DNA of 64,000 nt from a virus (taxonomy: Duplodnaviria; Caudoviricetes), in IMG/VR virus record IMGVR_UViG_3300037484_000435, positions 288,001 through 352,000 of that record, one strand, 5' to 3'. A program made the position numbers and the translations under genes. Numbering within the stretch: position 1 is the stretch's first letter; the number at the start of each line of letters is the position of its first letter. The notes beneath the pieces are model-generated. The model was not told where the DNA came from. It was given only the letters and a program-made list of their open reading frames with translations, and did not search any database. Positions 44,531 through 53,210 of this stretch are shown here, in pieces.

Positions 44531-44552
44531 TATTTAAATTAACCTCATGAAC

Positions 44553-45647
44553 TTATTCTTTGGTGAATTTTTTACTCTTTGAAATACCCTTAGACTTTTT
44601 AAAAGTAACGCCGTCTTGTCCTGGGTCATCTTTCAAAGAGATATCGGCAACATTCCCAGCTTTAGGATTTGCCCGATCATACTGCCTATCCAAGTATTCT
44701 GGATGCGACTGCATAATTAATCTGGTGCTCATCTTCTCCGCCGTAGAGCTACCATATTTTTTCTCGGCCCGCCTTTCTGACCTGTCTTTCGATCTTTCCT
44801 TATGCAAGTCTTCCATATACTCGTCTAGTGCTCCATCATCTTGGATGACCCAGTCATCTGGCTGGTCCTCTGGAAGCATTTCATAAATAGATTGATAATA
44901 CCCTGTCCACCATAATAAGTTCTTTTGGTCAGGTGTCAATTCTATAGACGATTTTGGAAATAAATGAAGATTACCTTTCTGTGCGACTAAATAGTCCAAC
45001 CGCCACAAATTACTTCGGGCGATATACCTGATTTCTTCTGTCGTATGTCCAACTAAATATCTTAGAAACTCAGACAGAAGTTTGTTTTTGAGCTCAACTT
45101 TCCTTTCTACCTCCTTGCAATAGGTTAGGTAATTGTCCCATAATAACTCATCCGTTTCGGGGTCAAAACAGCAAGCCCATAACATGTAGTCATATTTGGC
45201 TTGTCGTGCTCTCCGTTCAGCAGTATTTGACATCATTATCTCGCGTTTCTTCTCGGCTTGAAATAATTCTTCCTCTAACTTATTTATACTCTCCTGAATG
45301 TAAGGCTTATAAGTAACATCAATATCTACGTCTGACATTTTTCTTTTATTCATGTCAAGTAATTTATGAATAGTTTCAACTTTTTTATCATCCTTTTCAG
45401 TCCAAATTCCGCGCTCACGCATTAGTTTGTCCATTTCAGATTCATTCATAATGTTGTCTTTTTTGGCACGGAACATAACACGGCGTTCCTCTAAATTCGC
45501 AAGGAGGGTGGTGTGACGGGAAGGATAACGGAAAATAACAAAAATAGGGAAATCCTCAGAGAAAAGAGAAACCTCAACAAGTCTTTGAGAAAAACATATC
45601 TGTTCTATTGTTAGTTGTAACTCGTCAAGAGTCCAATCAATAGACAT
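44553..45647 (-). CDS. Putative tail assembly chaperone, long paralog (G-T-like), directly upstream of the TMP
   Basis: Position immediately before the TMP. The N-terminal 2/3 is similar to 47859-48566 (MSNTAERRARQAKYDY...D.ETDELLWDNYLTY). It has an extra C-terminal domain (RYIARSNLWR...YYQSIYEM...PDDWVIQDDGALD). ATG at 45647 is preferred over the GTG at 45659. Confidence 0.65.
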   Translation of the reverse strand: MSIDWTLDELQLTIEQICFSQRLVEVSLFSEDFPIFVIFRYPSRHTTLLANLEERRVMFRAKKDNIMNESEMDKLMRERGIWTEKDDKKVETIHKLLDMNKRKMSDVDIDVTYKPYIQESINKLEEELFQAEKKREIMMSNTAERRARQAKYDYMLWACCFDPETDELLWDNYLTYCKEVERKVELKNKLLSEFLRYLVGHTTEEIRYIARSNLWRLDYLVAQKGNLHLFPKSSIELTPDQKNLLWWTGYYQSIYEMLPEDQPDDWVIQDDGALDEYMEDLHKERSKDRSERRAEKKYGSSTAEKMSTRLIMQSHPEYLDRQYDRANPKAGNVADISLKDDPGQDGVTFKKSKGISKSKKFTKE

Positions 45648-46542
45648 GCAAATCACCATACTTTATAATTCTATAACTACTCAATAGATCCCATTTTCTT
45701 GATAACCCAAACTGAACACTATTTCGACAGTCAATTAAAAATTTCTCGGCACGATTACCCCCTAGAGTATAATAACTATAAGTCCCAAAGTCTTTTACCT
45801 GACTAATCCGAGGAGCACCATAAGTGGAATCACAAAAATTCTTAATCCAAGCCAACAGATATCTGGTTCCACAAAAGCCTGTTACTAACGTGGGTATATT
45901 GTGTTTTTTATTCCAACCAAGGGAGACCCACCCATCACCATCAAGAAGTCCTTTAAGATAGGGCAGTATCAAATCATTATCTAATAACTTAGGGGGACGA
46001 AGTGTATAGGTCTTTTGCGGAGTAATAGAAAAATTGTTATTTAAATCTATATACCACCCCTTAATCCCAGAAATACGTATTTCAGCAAAATAGGAATTTT
46101 TACTAAAACCCCTACTTTTTCGAGAATGTATTTCCCCAGAAAAATGAGTCTCTGCTTTAAAAGATCCCAAAACAGAAGCATCCTTCTCAGCCAAACCTAT
46201 AGTTAATTGGTATCTATTTGCAGATAAGTTACCATCGGCAGCAATAAAGCCTGCCCAGTAAGAGTTGTGTGTATTCGGTTCGGAAAAGTAATCCAAATCA
46301 ACGGTTGTTCTGACTCGTCCTAAAGACAAGGTGTGGGAGGTATCACCTTTTATACCCAACCTCAGAAGTCTATTACTAACCGCACCTTTGCTCTTACCAA
46401 GTTGTTGTGAAATTTCTTTACGATTAACCTTTTCATAAAGAGATAATAGTAGCCTATCTTCTTCGGGAGTCCAATGTTTATACCCCTTAGTATTCTGAGG
46501 ATTGCGTGATTGGAGTTCATCTAAGGACCATTCTACTGCCAT
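45637..46542 (-). mobile_element. Free-standing LAGLIDADG homing endonuclease with one Myb/HTH-like N-terminal repeat
   Basis: SYWAGFIAADG and YLKGLLDGDG motifs; HWTPEEDRLLL repeat; C-terminal LSRKW. Confidence 0.88.
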
Positions 46543-46555
46543 CTATTTCTCCAAT

Positions 46556-46591
46556 AAAAAAGGACCTACTAACAGACGTTAGTAAGTCCTT
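46556..46591 (-). terminator. Rho-independent terminator
   Basis: Minus-strand RNA AGGACUUACUAAC-GUCU-GUUAGUAGGUCCU-UUUUU: a 13-bp stem with one U-G pair, a 4-nt loop and a U tract, between 46606 and 46542. Confidence 0.8.
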
Positions 46592-46605
46592 AAATTTAAA
46601 TATCG

Positions 46606-47748
46606 TTAAGCAGGGATACCTACTTGTCTTTCATATTCTTTTATCTTGCCCCATTTACGAGCAAGACGTGTTGGGGTTGGGACTTTTTGTAACTCTTTGA
46701 GGATACGGTAAGCCCTCTTTCCACCTACTTTATAAGTAAAAGCCCTTGAACCTTTTATAGGATGGACTTTAGCATTTATCCCATACATAGAAGGACAAAT
46801 TTTGTCAAATATTTCCTTCGCCCACTCAAGTAAATTTTGAGTCCCTGTGATGTTAATAATAGGATAAATATGGCCCCACTTATCGGGCTTACTAGGAAGA
46901 ATAATAGAACCGTCTCCATCAATAAGACCCACCATAAAGGCCAAACTATTTTCATAGTTAAGCTTGGTCGGTGGTTCTAATACGAGCGTTTTATTCTGTA
47001 CAATGTTAAAGTTGTTCTTTAGGTCCTGCACCATCTGTTGTGCAGAGGAAAACTCTAGAAAACTCATTGGTGTCTTACCTTTTACACTAGTTGTTAACCT
47101 AGTACGAATGTCACCAGTAAACCTAGACAAACTTGCAAAAGAAGTAAGAACCAGACTATCCTTCAAATGTAGAGAAATACGCACAGTGGCACGTTCTTCA
47201 TCAACAGACCCATCTGCCGCAATAAAGCCCGCCCAGTAAGAATTACAAACATTTGGTTCCTTAAAAAATTCTCTATTGTAATCATAACGTCTACGGTATG
47301 AAGACGGGTCTTTCTTCAAACCCAACCCACGGGCATGGCTTGTAATTGTCCGATAGTCTTTGTCTGGTATCAAATCTCTAAGCTCTGATACGGGTTTTTT
47401 TAAATAATTACTAATTAATATCTGCTCTTCACCCTCAGACCACCGAGTACGTTTTTCTAAACCAAGGGTTAAGATTTTTTTCTTAATCGCTGTTTTGGAA
47501 CGAGCAGAACAGAGACCTAGAGAGACTATCTCGTCCACTGTAAGATATTTATAATTTTCTATTAGGGAAGCAATATCTTCCTGAGACCATTCGGACTTAA
47601 TGTAGCCCCGCAACCCCAGTTGTTCTGCTTTTTTGTGAATTGATGCTTTCTTACGTAACGGTAGAAGTTTTTCCATATCTATTGCTGGTATCCTTGAATA
47701 GTTAATCATCATAATTTCAATTTCTTGTGGTGTCCATTTATTTGCCAT
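46606..47748 (-). mobile_element. Free-standing LAGLIDADG homing endonuclease with three Myb/HTH-like repeats
   Basis: SYWAGFIAADG and FMVGLIDGDG; repeats KWTPQEIEIM, EWSQEDIASL, RWSEGEEQIL; C-terminal LARKW. AGGAG RBS. Confidence 0.9.
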
Positions 47749-47858
47749 TATTTCTCCTAGAAAGAATAGTTAAGGGATGCTCATTGAATGAAACACCCCT
47801 TTGCTGTATTAAGACACCTATTTAGAAGTTAGGTTCCCAGAAATAAAAATATGTTTAA

Positions 47859-48566
47859 TTATTTCTTTTTAGAATTTTTTACTTCTTTTTCTTCAACTTT
47901 TGCTTTAGGTTTTGCTTCTTCTATTTCCTTTGTACTTTCGGCTTCTTCTATCTCTTTGCGAGCAAGTGCCTCAGGAGTAGTCTCAAGAAAATTTTCTGCC
48001 AGACCCTGAAGTGCCAACATTACGGAGTAGCGTGAGCGCATTGCCAATGTGGGGTTGGAAGTAGTTTTATATTCGTCATAAGACTCCCAAACCTTGTCAC
48101 CATTTGAGTCTTTGACCATTGCAGAGGTAAGGTATTCTATTCTAGCATCCTCTGCCAATTGTTCTACGCTGTTAGACATAGGGCTAGAAGCTCTTTGGTT
48201 CCACCTAAAGAGTCTGTTTCTCACGTCTTCTACCTTCTCTGCACACACTTTCTTTTCATCAAGAGTCTTAGCACTATTAAGTTCCGCAATACCTTCGTCT
48301 AACTCCTTAATAAGAGCCACACGTTTTTCCTCGTACTTCTTACCAATGATATCCCTTTCTTCCAGAATATCCTGCATCTGAGCCATGGTAGTAACACCAG
48401 CCAAAAGTGCCTCATTGTAAGTCTTGCTATAGAACCAATCTGCCTGACGTACTTCGTCAATGCCAGCATTGTCAATAAAATACTTCTCTCCGTCGTGAAT
48501 AAACGTTCTTTTGTCCTCAAAGATATCCTGAAGAGTTTGTTCATCCTTTTTAGTTTTATCAGCCAT
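47859..48566 (-). CDS. Putative tail assembly chaperone, short paralog (G-like)
   Basis: Acidic, helical protein between the tail tube and the TMP; paralogous to 44553-45647 (MSNSVEQLAEDARIEY...DSNGDKVWESYDEY). GGAGG RBS. Confidence 0.65.
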   Translation of the reverse strand: MADKTKKDEQTLQDIFEDKRTFIHDGEKYFIDNAGIDEVRQADWFYSKTYNEALLAGVTTMAQMQDILEERDIIGKKYEEKRVALIKELDEGIAELNSAKTLDEKKVCAEKVEDVRNRLFRWNQRASSPMSNSVEQLAEDARIEYLTSAMVKDSNGDKVWESYDEYKTTSNPTLAMRSRYSVMLALQGLAENFLETTPEALARKEIEEAESTKEIEEAKPKAKVEEKEVKNSKKK

Positions 48567-48582
48567 TTCCTATTCCTCCATC

Positions 48583-48858
48583 TTATCGCTTTACCGTGAT
48601 AATATCTTCAGCGGTAGCTTCATATTCAACGATATAAGATTTCTCCAGCTCCTTTTCCAGTTGCCGGATGGCGTCATTAGACGCCCTCAATATTTTAGAA
48701 CGCAGTGGCTTAAAAGCCTCTGGGTTACCTGCTAATGCAATAACTACACTTTCTACCTGATCCAGAATATGCGAATATGCTTTCTTCTGAATCTCTTGCA
48801 TTTTCCTTACAAATTTATCTCTGCTTTTTTTTTGTCGGTCTGATTCTTCTTGGGCCAT
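48583..48858 (-). CDS. Hypothetical 91-aa protein in the tail operon
   Basis: Clean ORF with GAGGA RBS, tightly packed between its neighbours. Confidence 0.7.
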   Translation of the reverse strand: MAQEESDRQKKSRDKFVRKMQEIQKKAYSHILDQVESVVIALAGNPEAFKPLRSKILRASNDAIRQLEKELEKSYIVEYEATAEDIITVKR

Positions 48859-48887
48859 TTCCAGATCCTCCTTTACCCATTATTATT

Positions 48888-49820
48888 TTAAATCTCTGTC
48901 TCCTCATCACTTTCTGAATTACCTTTGCCAAATATCTTTTTGAGCCAACGTCGAATTCTAAGAAATCTAAACCACTTTCTCTTTTCCATTTTTTCTTCTA
49001 CAATTACCTCAGCATCAATAGGCTCTATCTCCTTAACAACCACAACCAAAGGTGGCACCTCAGTAGTTTCTCTTTCTTCAAACAAGTACGTGTAGTTACG
49101 CATTTGTTCTTTGTAGAGCTCTGTTGCATGTTGGTATAAACGTAAGTCTAGTTGATTGCGGTCCTCAATTAACTTAATTACTCCTTTTGGTAATTCTTCC
49201 TTAGTTAATCTGTCAGAAACATTAACCATAGGGAGGTTAACTTCCGGCCACCCTAATTTATGTGAACAAATTTTTATAAAACTCGGTAACTCCTCATACA
49301 AACTGAAAAAGGTAAAGGCATCTGATAGACGGGCTTTAGCATAAGCAAACATCAATTTTTTACTACCCGCCCGTAAAAAAGAGGAAAGAACTTGCGTTTG
49401 AAAATCAGACATGCCCATCTCATACACCATATCCTCACTACGCAAAATTTCCTCTAGTGAAAACTGTAGAGCTTTCTGGTGTAATGCATGATCCTCTCGG
49501 CCTCTCAAAAAATAATACTGAGAAATGACACGGTCAATGGGCTCACGAACCACTACATATTGATTTATAGTAATTTTTAAACGGCTATAAAAAGGGTCAC
49601 AAAGCCGGTAATGCCCCAATAAAGCCTTATAATTTCCAATTGTCCCCTGCTCAATAAGAGAAAGCACTTCTCTAGCTGTAGCTTTCTTGTAAGCGTCCCC
49701 ATATATACTCCCGAGTAACTCAGAGATGGAATTCCCCGCGGTTTTCGGCATGTGAAAAAATAATTGTAAATTGTTAGAGTTAAACTGCTTAGACACAAGA
49801 TTAGTAAAATTGGTTGGCAT
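48888..49820 (-). CDS. PAPS-dependent sulfotransferase family protein
   Basis: 5'-PSB motif FFHMPKTAGNS and 3'-PB motif VVVREPIDRVISQYYF, plus DF(N)FQT and NQLDLRLY motifs. The ATG at 49820 has an AGGAG RBS; the ORF track extends it to 49889. Confidence 0.85.
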   Translation of the reverse strand: MPTNFTNLVSKQFNSNNLQLFFHMPKTAGNSISELLGSIYGDAYKKATAREVLSLIEQGTIGNYKALLGHYRLCDPFYSRLKITINQYVVVREPIDRVISQYYFLRGREDHALHQKALQFSLEEILRSEDMVYEMGMSDFQTQVLSSFLRAGSKKLMFAYAKARLSDAFTFFSLYEELPSFIKICSHKLGWPEVNLPMVNVSDRLTKEELPKGVIKLIEDRNQLDLRLYQHATELYKEQMRNYTYLFEERETTEVPPLVVVVKEIEPIDAEVIVEEKMEKRKWFRFLRIRRWLKKIFGKGNSESDEETEI

Positions 49821-49923
49821 CTGCCCTCTCCTTGTATGATCCCCATCTACCCTTCCTTTAAAAGGTGGGATGATACTGGAGACCAACATAGATCCCCAGT
49901 ATCAGTTAAATTACAACCTTTAA

Positions 49924-51609
49924 TTAGAACTGGTTGGCTGCACTATTACGCTCAAGGCAGGCGACGTCATCTATATGAACATCACCCTTAACAACAAACA
50001 ATTTGTTAGTTGCCCGGAAATTCATTTCCTGAGTTGCTGATCCACCACCGCCTCGACCACCACCAACTGCGTTATTGTAGTTCTCGGCTTGGATTTTCAA
50101 CCCCTGTACGACCACAGTTTTCAAAGCACGCTCTCGTGGAGACGTACCACAATCTGTGACAATATCATAGGTTCCCACACCATCCCAGTCATAATACTCG
50201 TCCCCGTCCATGCTTGAAAGCATTGCTAGACGATTAAGACCGTTCTTTTGACCAGCTTCCTCATCAGTCTGCTGATATACTTTAACAACCATCAAGAGGT
50301 TCTGTTTACTCATAAGGTGATTAAGAGCGATATCAGTTCCACTTCCACCAGCCTCGTAATCTGCAATGTCTAGACCAGCAGCAATTGCCCATCTATCCAA
50401 ATCAGACGCCATAGAGGTTGTGGCTACAGTAATCTCAACAGGAAAATTCATTGGGCGAGCAAAAGGCCTTATATGACCGAGCTCGTTCAACGGGGTCCTA
50501 GTTGGAGTCGCTGTAATTGTTACAGTCTGCATCCTCAGCGTCATGTCCCACGTAGTGGTCAGATCAGGGTCAACAATGTAGGCCTCAATCTGTCCTTGTC
50601 GAACAGCGCCCAAGTCTTCTGGAAATTGGAGCGCAGGATTTTCTGGACCAGCAGTAGTAGTTGCTGGTTCAAAATACTTCGCAAATATACGATCAGCATC
50701 ACTACTACCAACACTTGAAGAAGCATATGCACTCGCGGCATAAATTACAATAAACTTATACCCACCATCAATGCTCGGCCACAAAGTAGCTGCGTTAGTA
50801 GGTAGAGTGATAGTATGACTAGTAGTGTCATAATAAAATTCATTAGCTGCCGCAGCAGTTTCATTCATTTTATAGACCGTGCCCTCACGCTCGCTTGGAG
50901 CTCTTACAGTGACACCAACGTCTCCTGTAGCAGTCCACGCCAAAAAGGCTCTTTTACACGAAGAAAGAACAGGTATGACAGCCGCATCTGCAAGGCCAAG
51001 GTTTAGTACCTGACTGTTAGACGGGGCAGCGATGTCCCACTCTTCTTGGGATACAAACTTTGCGTTGTTGACCAACCACATTTTGTTGTCAGTTTCTGCC
51101 GCATAGTTTTCCGTAGCATTGGCACCAACATTATAAGTTAGTGTAACACTATTAACATAAACCTTATCCATAAACAGAGTCATCTGGATATCATCATCTT
51201 GGGTTCCAAGAGACGCTTCGTTCTGCACAGGTGCCCAAATTTTAACACCGTTGCACAGAGTGAAATCTGCCAAAGATACCCCGTGGTAATATCGAACTCC
51301 AGATCCGGTACAAGCAGCATTAGTTCTGAGGTATGCACCACTTACTGTGGGGTCCCCTTGCATCTGCAGGGGATTCATACCAGCCAGAACAGCCATGGAA
51401 TTAACAGCGCCCCATTCGTTGGTGTCTAAAGCGACCGCAACAGCAGGAACGTCGTCAACCACGTCTACCCTATCGAGGGATCCGAGTTCAAACACGTCTT
51501 CGGCAGTGAACGTAGTATTACTTCCCAAAGTCTGTACTCTATAAAGCAAATGCCCATTTGCACGAACTGATTGGGAGGCATACATAATTCTGGTTCTTTT
51601 TTGTGCCAT
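49924..51609 (-). CDS. Major tail (tube) protein
   Basis: Follows the tail terminator-like gene; AGGAGG RBS; beta-rich, with two 'ELG' segments (VFELGSLD, LNELGHIRPFAR) typical of tube proteins; C-terminal ATQEMNFRAT. Confidence 0.65.
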   Translation of the reverse strand: MAQKRTRIMYASQSVRANGHLLYRVQTLGSNTTFTAEDVFELGSLDRVDVVDDVPAVAVALDTNEWGAVNSMAVLAGMNPLQMQGDPTVSGAYLRTNAACTGSGVRYYHGVSLADFTLCNGVKIWAPVQNEASLGTQDDDIQMTLFMDKVYVNSVTLTYNVGANATENYAAETDNKMWLVNNAKFVSQEEWDIAAPSNSQVLNLGLADAAVIPVLSSCKRAFLAWTATGDVGVTVRAPSEREGTVYKMNETAAAANEFYYDTTSHTITLPTNAATLWPSIDGGYKFIVIYAASAYASSSVGSSDADRIFAKYFEPATTTAGPENPALQFPEDLGAVRQGQIEAYIVDPDLTTTWDMTLRMQTVTITATPTRTPLNELGHIRPFARPMNFPVEITVATTSMASDLDRWAIAAGLDIADYEAGGSGTDIALNHLMSKQNLLMVVKVYQQTDEEAGQKNGLNRLAMLSSMDGDEYYDWDGVGTYDIVTDCGTSPRERALKTVVVQGLKIQAENYNNAVGGGRGGGGSATQEMNFRATNKLFVVKGDVHIDDVACLERNSAANQF

Positions 51610-51771
51610 ATTATTAGGTCCTCCTAAATATAGTGAAAGAAATCCTTAGTAAAAGTTTGGTGCAAAATGACAGTTTCTACTGCTGTGGGGGCGTGAAACA
51701 CACCAAACAGGAAATTTAGGTTTCATCCTATCCCTTCCATATTACATATTTCACTCATGTTATTAGGTCAG

Positions 51772-52593
51772 TTAATTCCTATAGGTTTTTGTATCAAAAG
51801 TTATTTCAGCACGATACCTGTTTATCCGCTCCTGTTCATAAAAACCCCACTGTGGTAGGCCAGAAAGTCTTTTCTTCACGTTCTCAAAAAATATTGAAGT
51901 ATAGACATCATGGAGGGAGGAATCAAATATTTGGTTGTATAGGCCATTTTGAAGTGGTAAACCACTAGGAAGTAGATAGAGAGGACAACGTCGCATATGT
52001 AAGTTATCGTAGACCAAGTCCATCAAATCATCCCTTTCCCCTTTGTTGTTAGCAAATATCTGAACATTCCAATAAGCGTCTCTTATATCCCCACCACCCA
52101 ACTGTAATGGAGATTTTTTACCTGTCTGCATATCAACACATACTATAGGTAAGGCTGGAACATCCTCGTAAGGCCAAGAATCTATTACCGATACATAATT
52201 CCACTCATAATCAACTAAATAACTAGATAGGTCTGAGGAAGAAATTACTTGGCCTGTGATATAATTAACAGAATACCCCGAGGCAACTGTGGAACCATTA
52301 TAAACTCTTATAAGGTTCTGTTGTTCAGAACCAAACAGGCACGTCTCACCAACATAATCAAAATACAGCAAGCCCCGCCCTAATCCAGAGTAATCCGTAA
52401 AAGACCCATCGGGATTGGTAACCCGCCTTTTGAATGGGTGAAACCCTAAACCTTCATCGTAGCCCATGTCCCAAACACCGGTAGAAGCCTGAGTTAAGCT
52501 TTCTCCTGTAGAAATCTCAGAATAACGCGGACCTATCACTGTGTCCTTTATATATAGATAAACACTAATGTCTTCCTTTCTTGATAATTGCAT
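51772..52593 (-). CDS. Putative tail terminator / tail completion protein
   Basis: The C-terminal half (LPIVCVDMQTG..PLQLGGG..DAYWNVQIFANNKGERDDLMDLVYDNL) resembles terminator-type proteins, and the gene sits just before the tube gene. Confidence 0.55.
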   Translation of the reverse strand: MQLSRKEDISVYLYIKDTVIGPRYSEISTGESLTQASTGVWDMGYDEGLGFHPFKRRVTNPDGSFTDYSGLGRGLLYFDYVGETCLFGSEQQNLIRVYNGSTVASGYSVNYITGQVISSSDLSSYLVDYEWNYVSVIDSWPYEDVPALPIVCVDMQTGKKSPLQLGGGDIRDAYWNVQIFANNKGERDDLMDLVYDNLHMRRCPLYLLPSGLPLQNGLYNQIFDSSLHDVYTSIFFENVKKRLSGLPQWGFYEQERINRYRAEITFDTKTYRN

Positions 52594-53210
52594 TACAACC
52601 CTCTCTCAGCTTTATAATTAGCAATCGCCTCACCAACGATTCCCTCTATATCTACTCTATCCATAGCATTTTTCCCAAAAGGTATTGGCGACGCACCACT
52701 TGCTGGATGTTTATACCGAGAAAAGGGCCCAACAACATTCCAACCTTCCCGCTCCCAAGCACCTTTACTGATGAGAAAACCACCATAGTATACGGGTGGC
52801 ATTGGCTCACCCTTCTTCTTAAAATAAGTCTCTGGGTTTACAAAAGCATACTGCCCGCCTATTCCACGTATTAAATAGACGGCCCATAATATAGGGCTAG
52901 GATTGTGCTTCAGCTTCATATTGTCTTCTTTGAAACCAAGCGTTTCATCAGTACAGATACCTATCTCGATATTTCCGTCCTCTGTGACCTTTAAACTTTC
53001 ATCCCACGTTTGTTTAATATGAGAAACTACAAAATCCATATGATTTTTAATATTGGTTGGGTCATCCTGAGGAGATCTCTCTGAGAGGCTTTCAAACTCT
53101 TCCATGAAAGACGTAATAATCTGCTTACCGCCCGGACCATCCGACCTCATATAATCTCTGATAGATTCCCGTAATTCGTCACTTATCTTCTCTACTATCT
53201 CTTTACTCAC
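52593..53210 (-). CDS. Putative neck / tail completion protein
   Basis: Synteny between head-closure-like and terminator-like genes; translationally coupled at both ends. Confidence 0.45.
   Translation of the reverse strand: MSKEIVEKISDELRESIRDYMRSDGPGGKQIITSFMEEFESLSERSPQDDPTNIKNHMDFVVSHIKQTWDESLKVTEDGNIEIGICTDETLGFKEDNMKLKHNPSPILWAVYLIRGIGGQYAFVNPETYFKKKGEPMPPVYYGGFLISKGAWEREGWNVVGPFSRYKHPASGASPIPFGKNAMDRVDIEGIVGEAIANYKAERGL

Noticed and set aside
1005-44381. Dozens of short ORFs (mostly + strand, e.g. 19302-20195, 13965-14591, 2820-3356) overlapping the giant ORF
   Set aside because: They are shadow frames from the codon bias of the giant gene, with no RBS or motifs, and read as mirror images of its Gly/Ala/Lys/Glu content.
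395-44530. Possibility that the giant ORF arises from stop-codon reassignment
   Set aside because: It is open under standard code 11, and neighbouring genes end in TAA, TAG and TGA at sensible places, so no recoding is needed.
47770-47802. Imperfect inverted repeat AAGGGATG...CACCCCTT in the 47749-47858 spacer
   Set aside because: The stem is mismatched and I could not support a terminator call.
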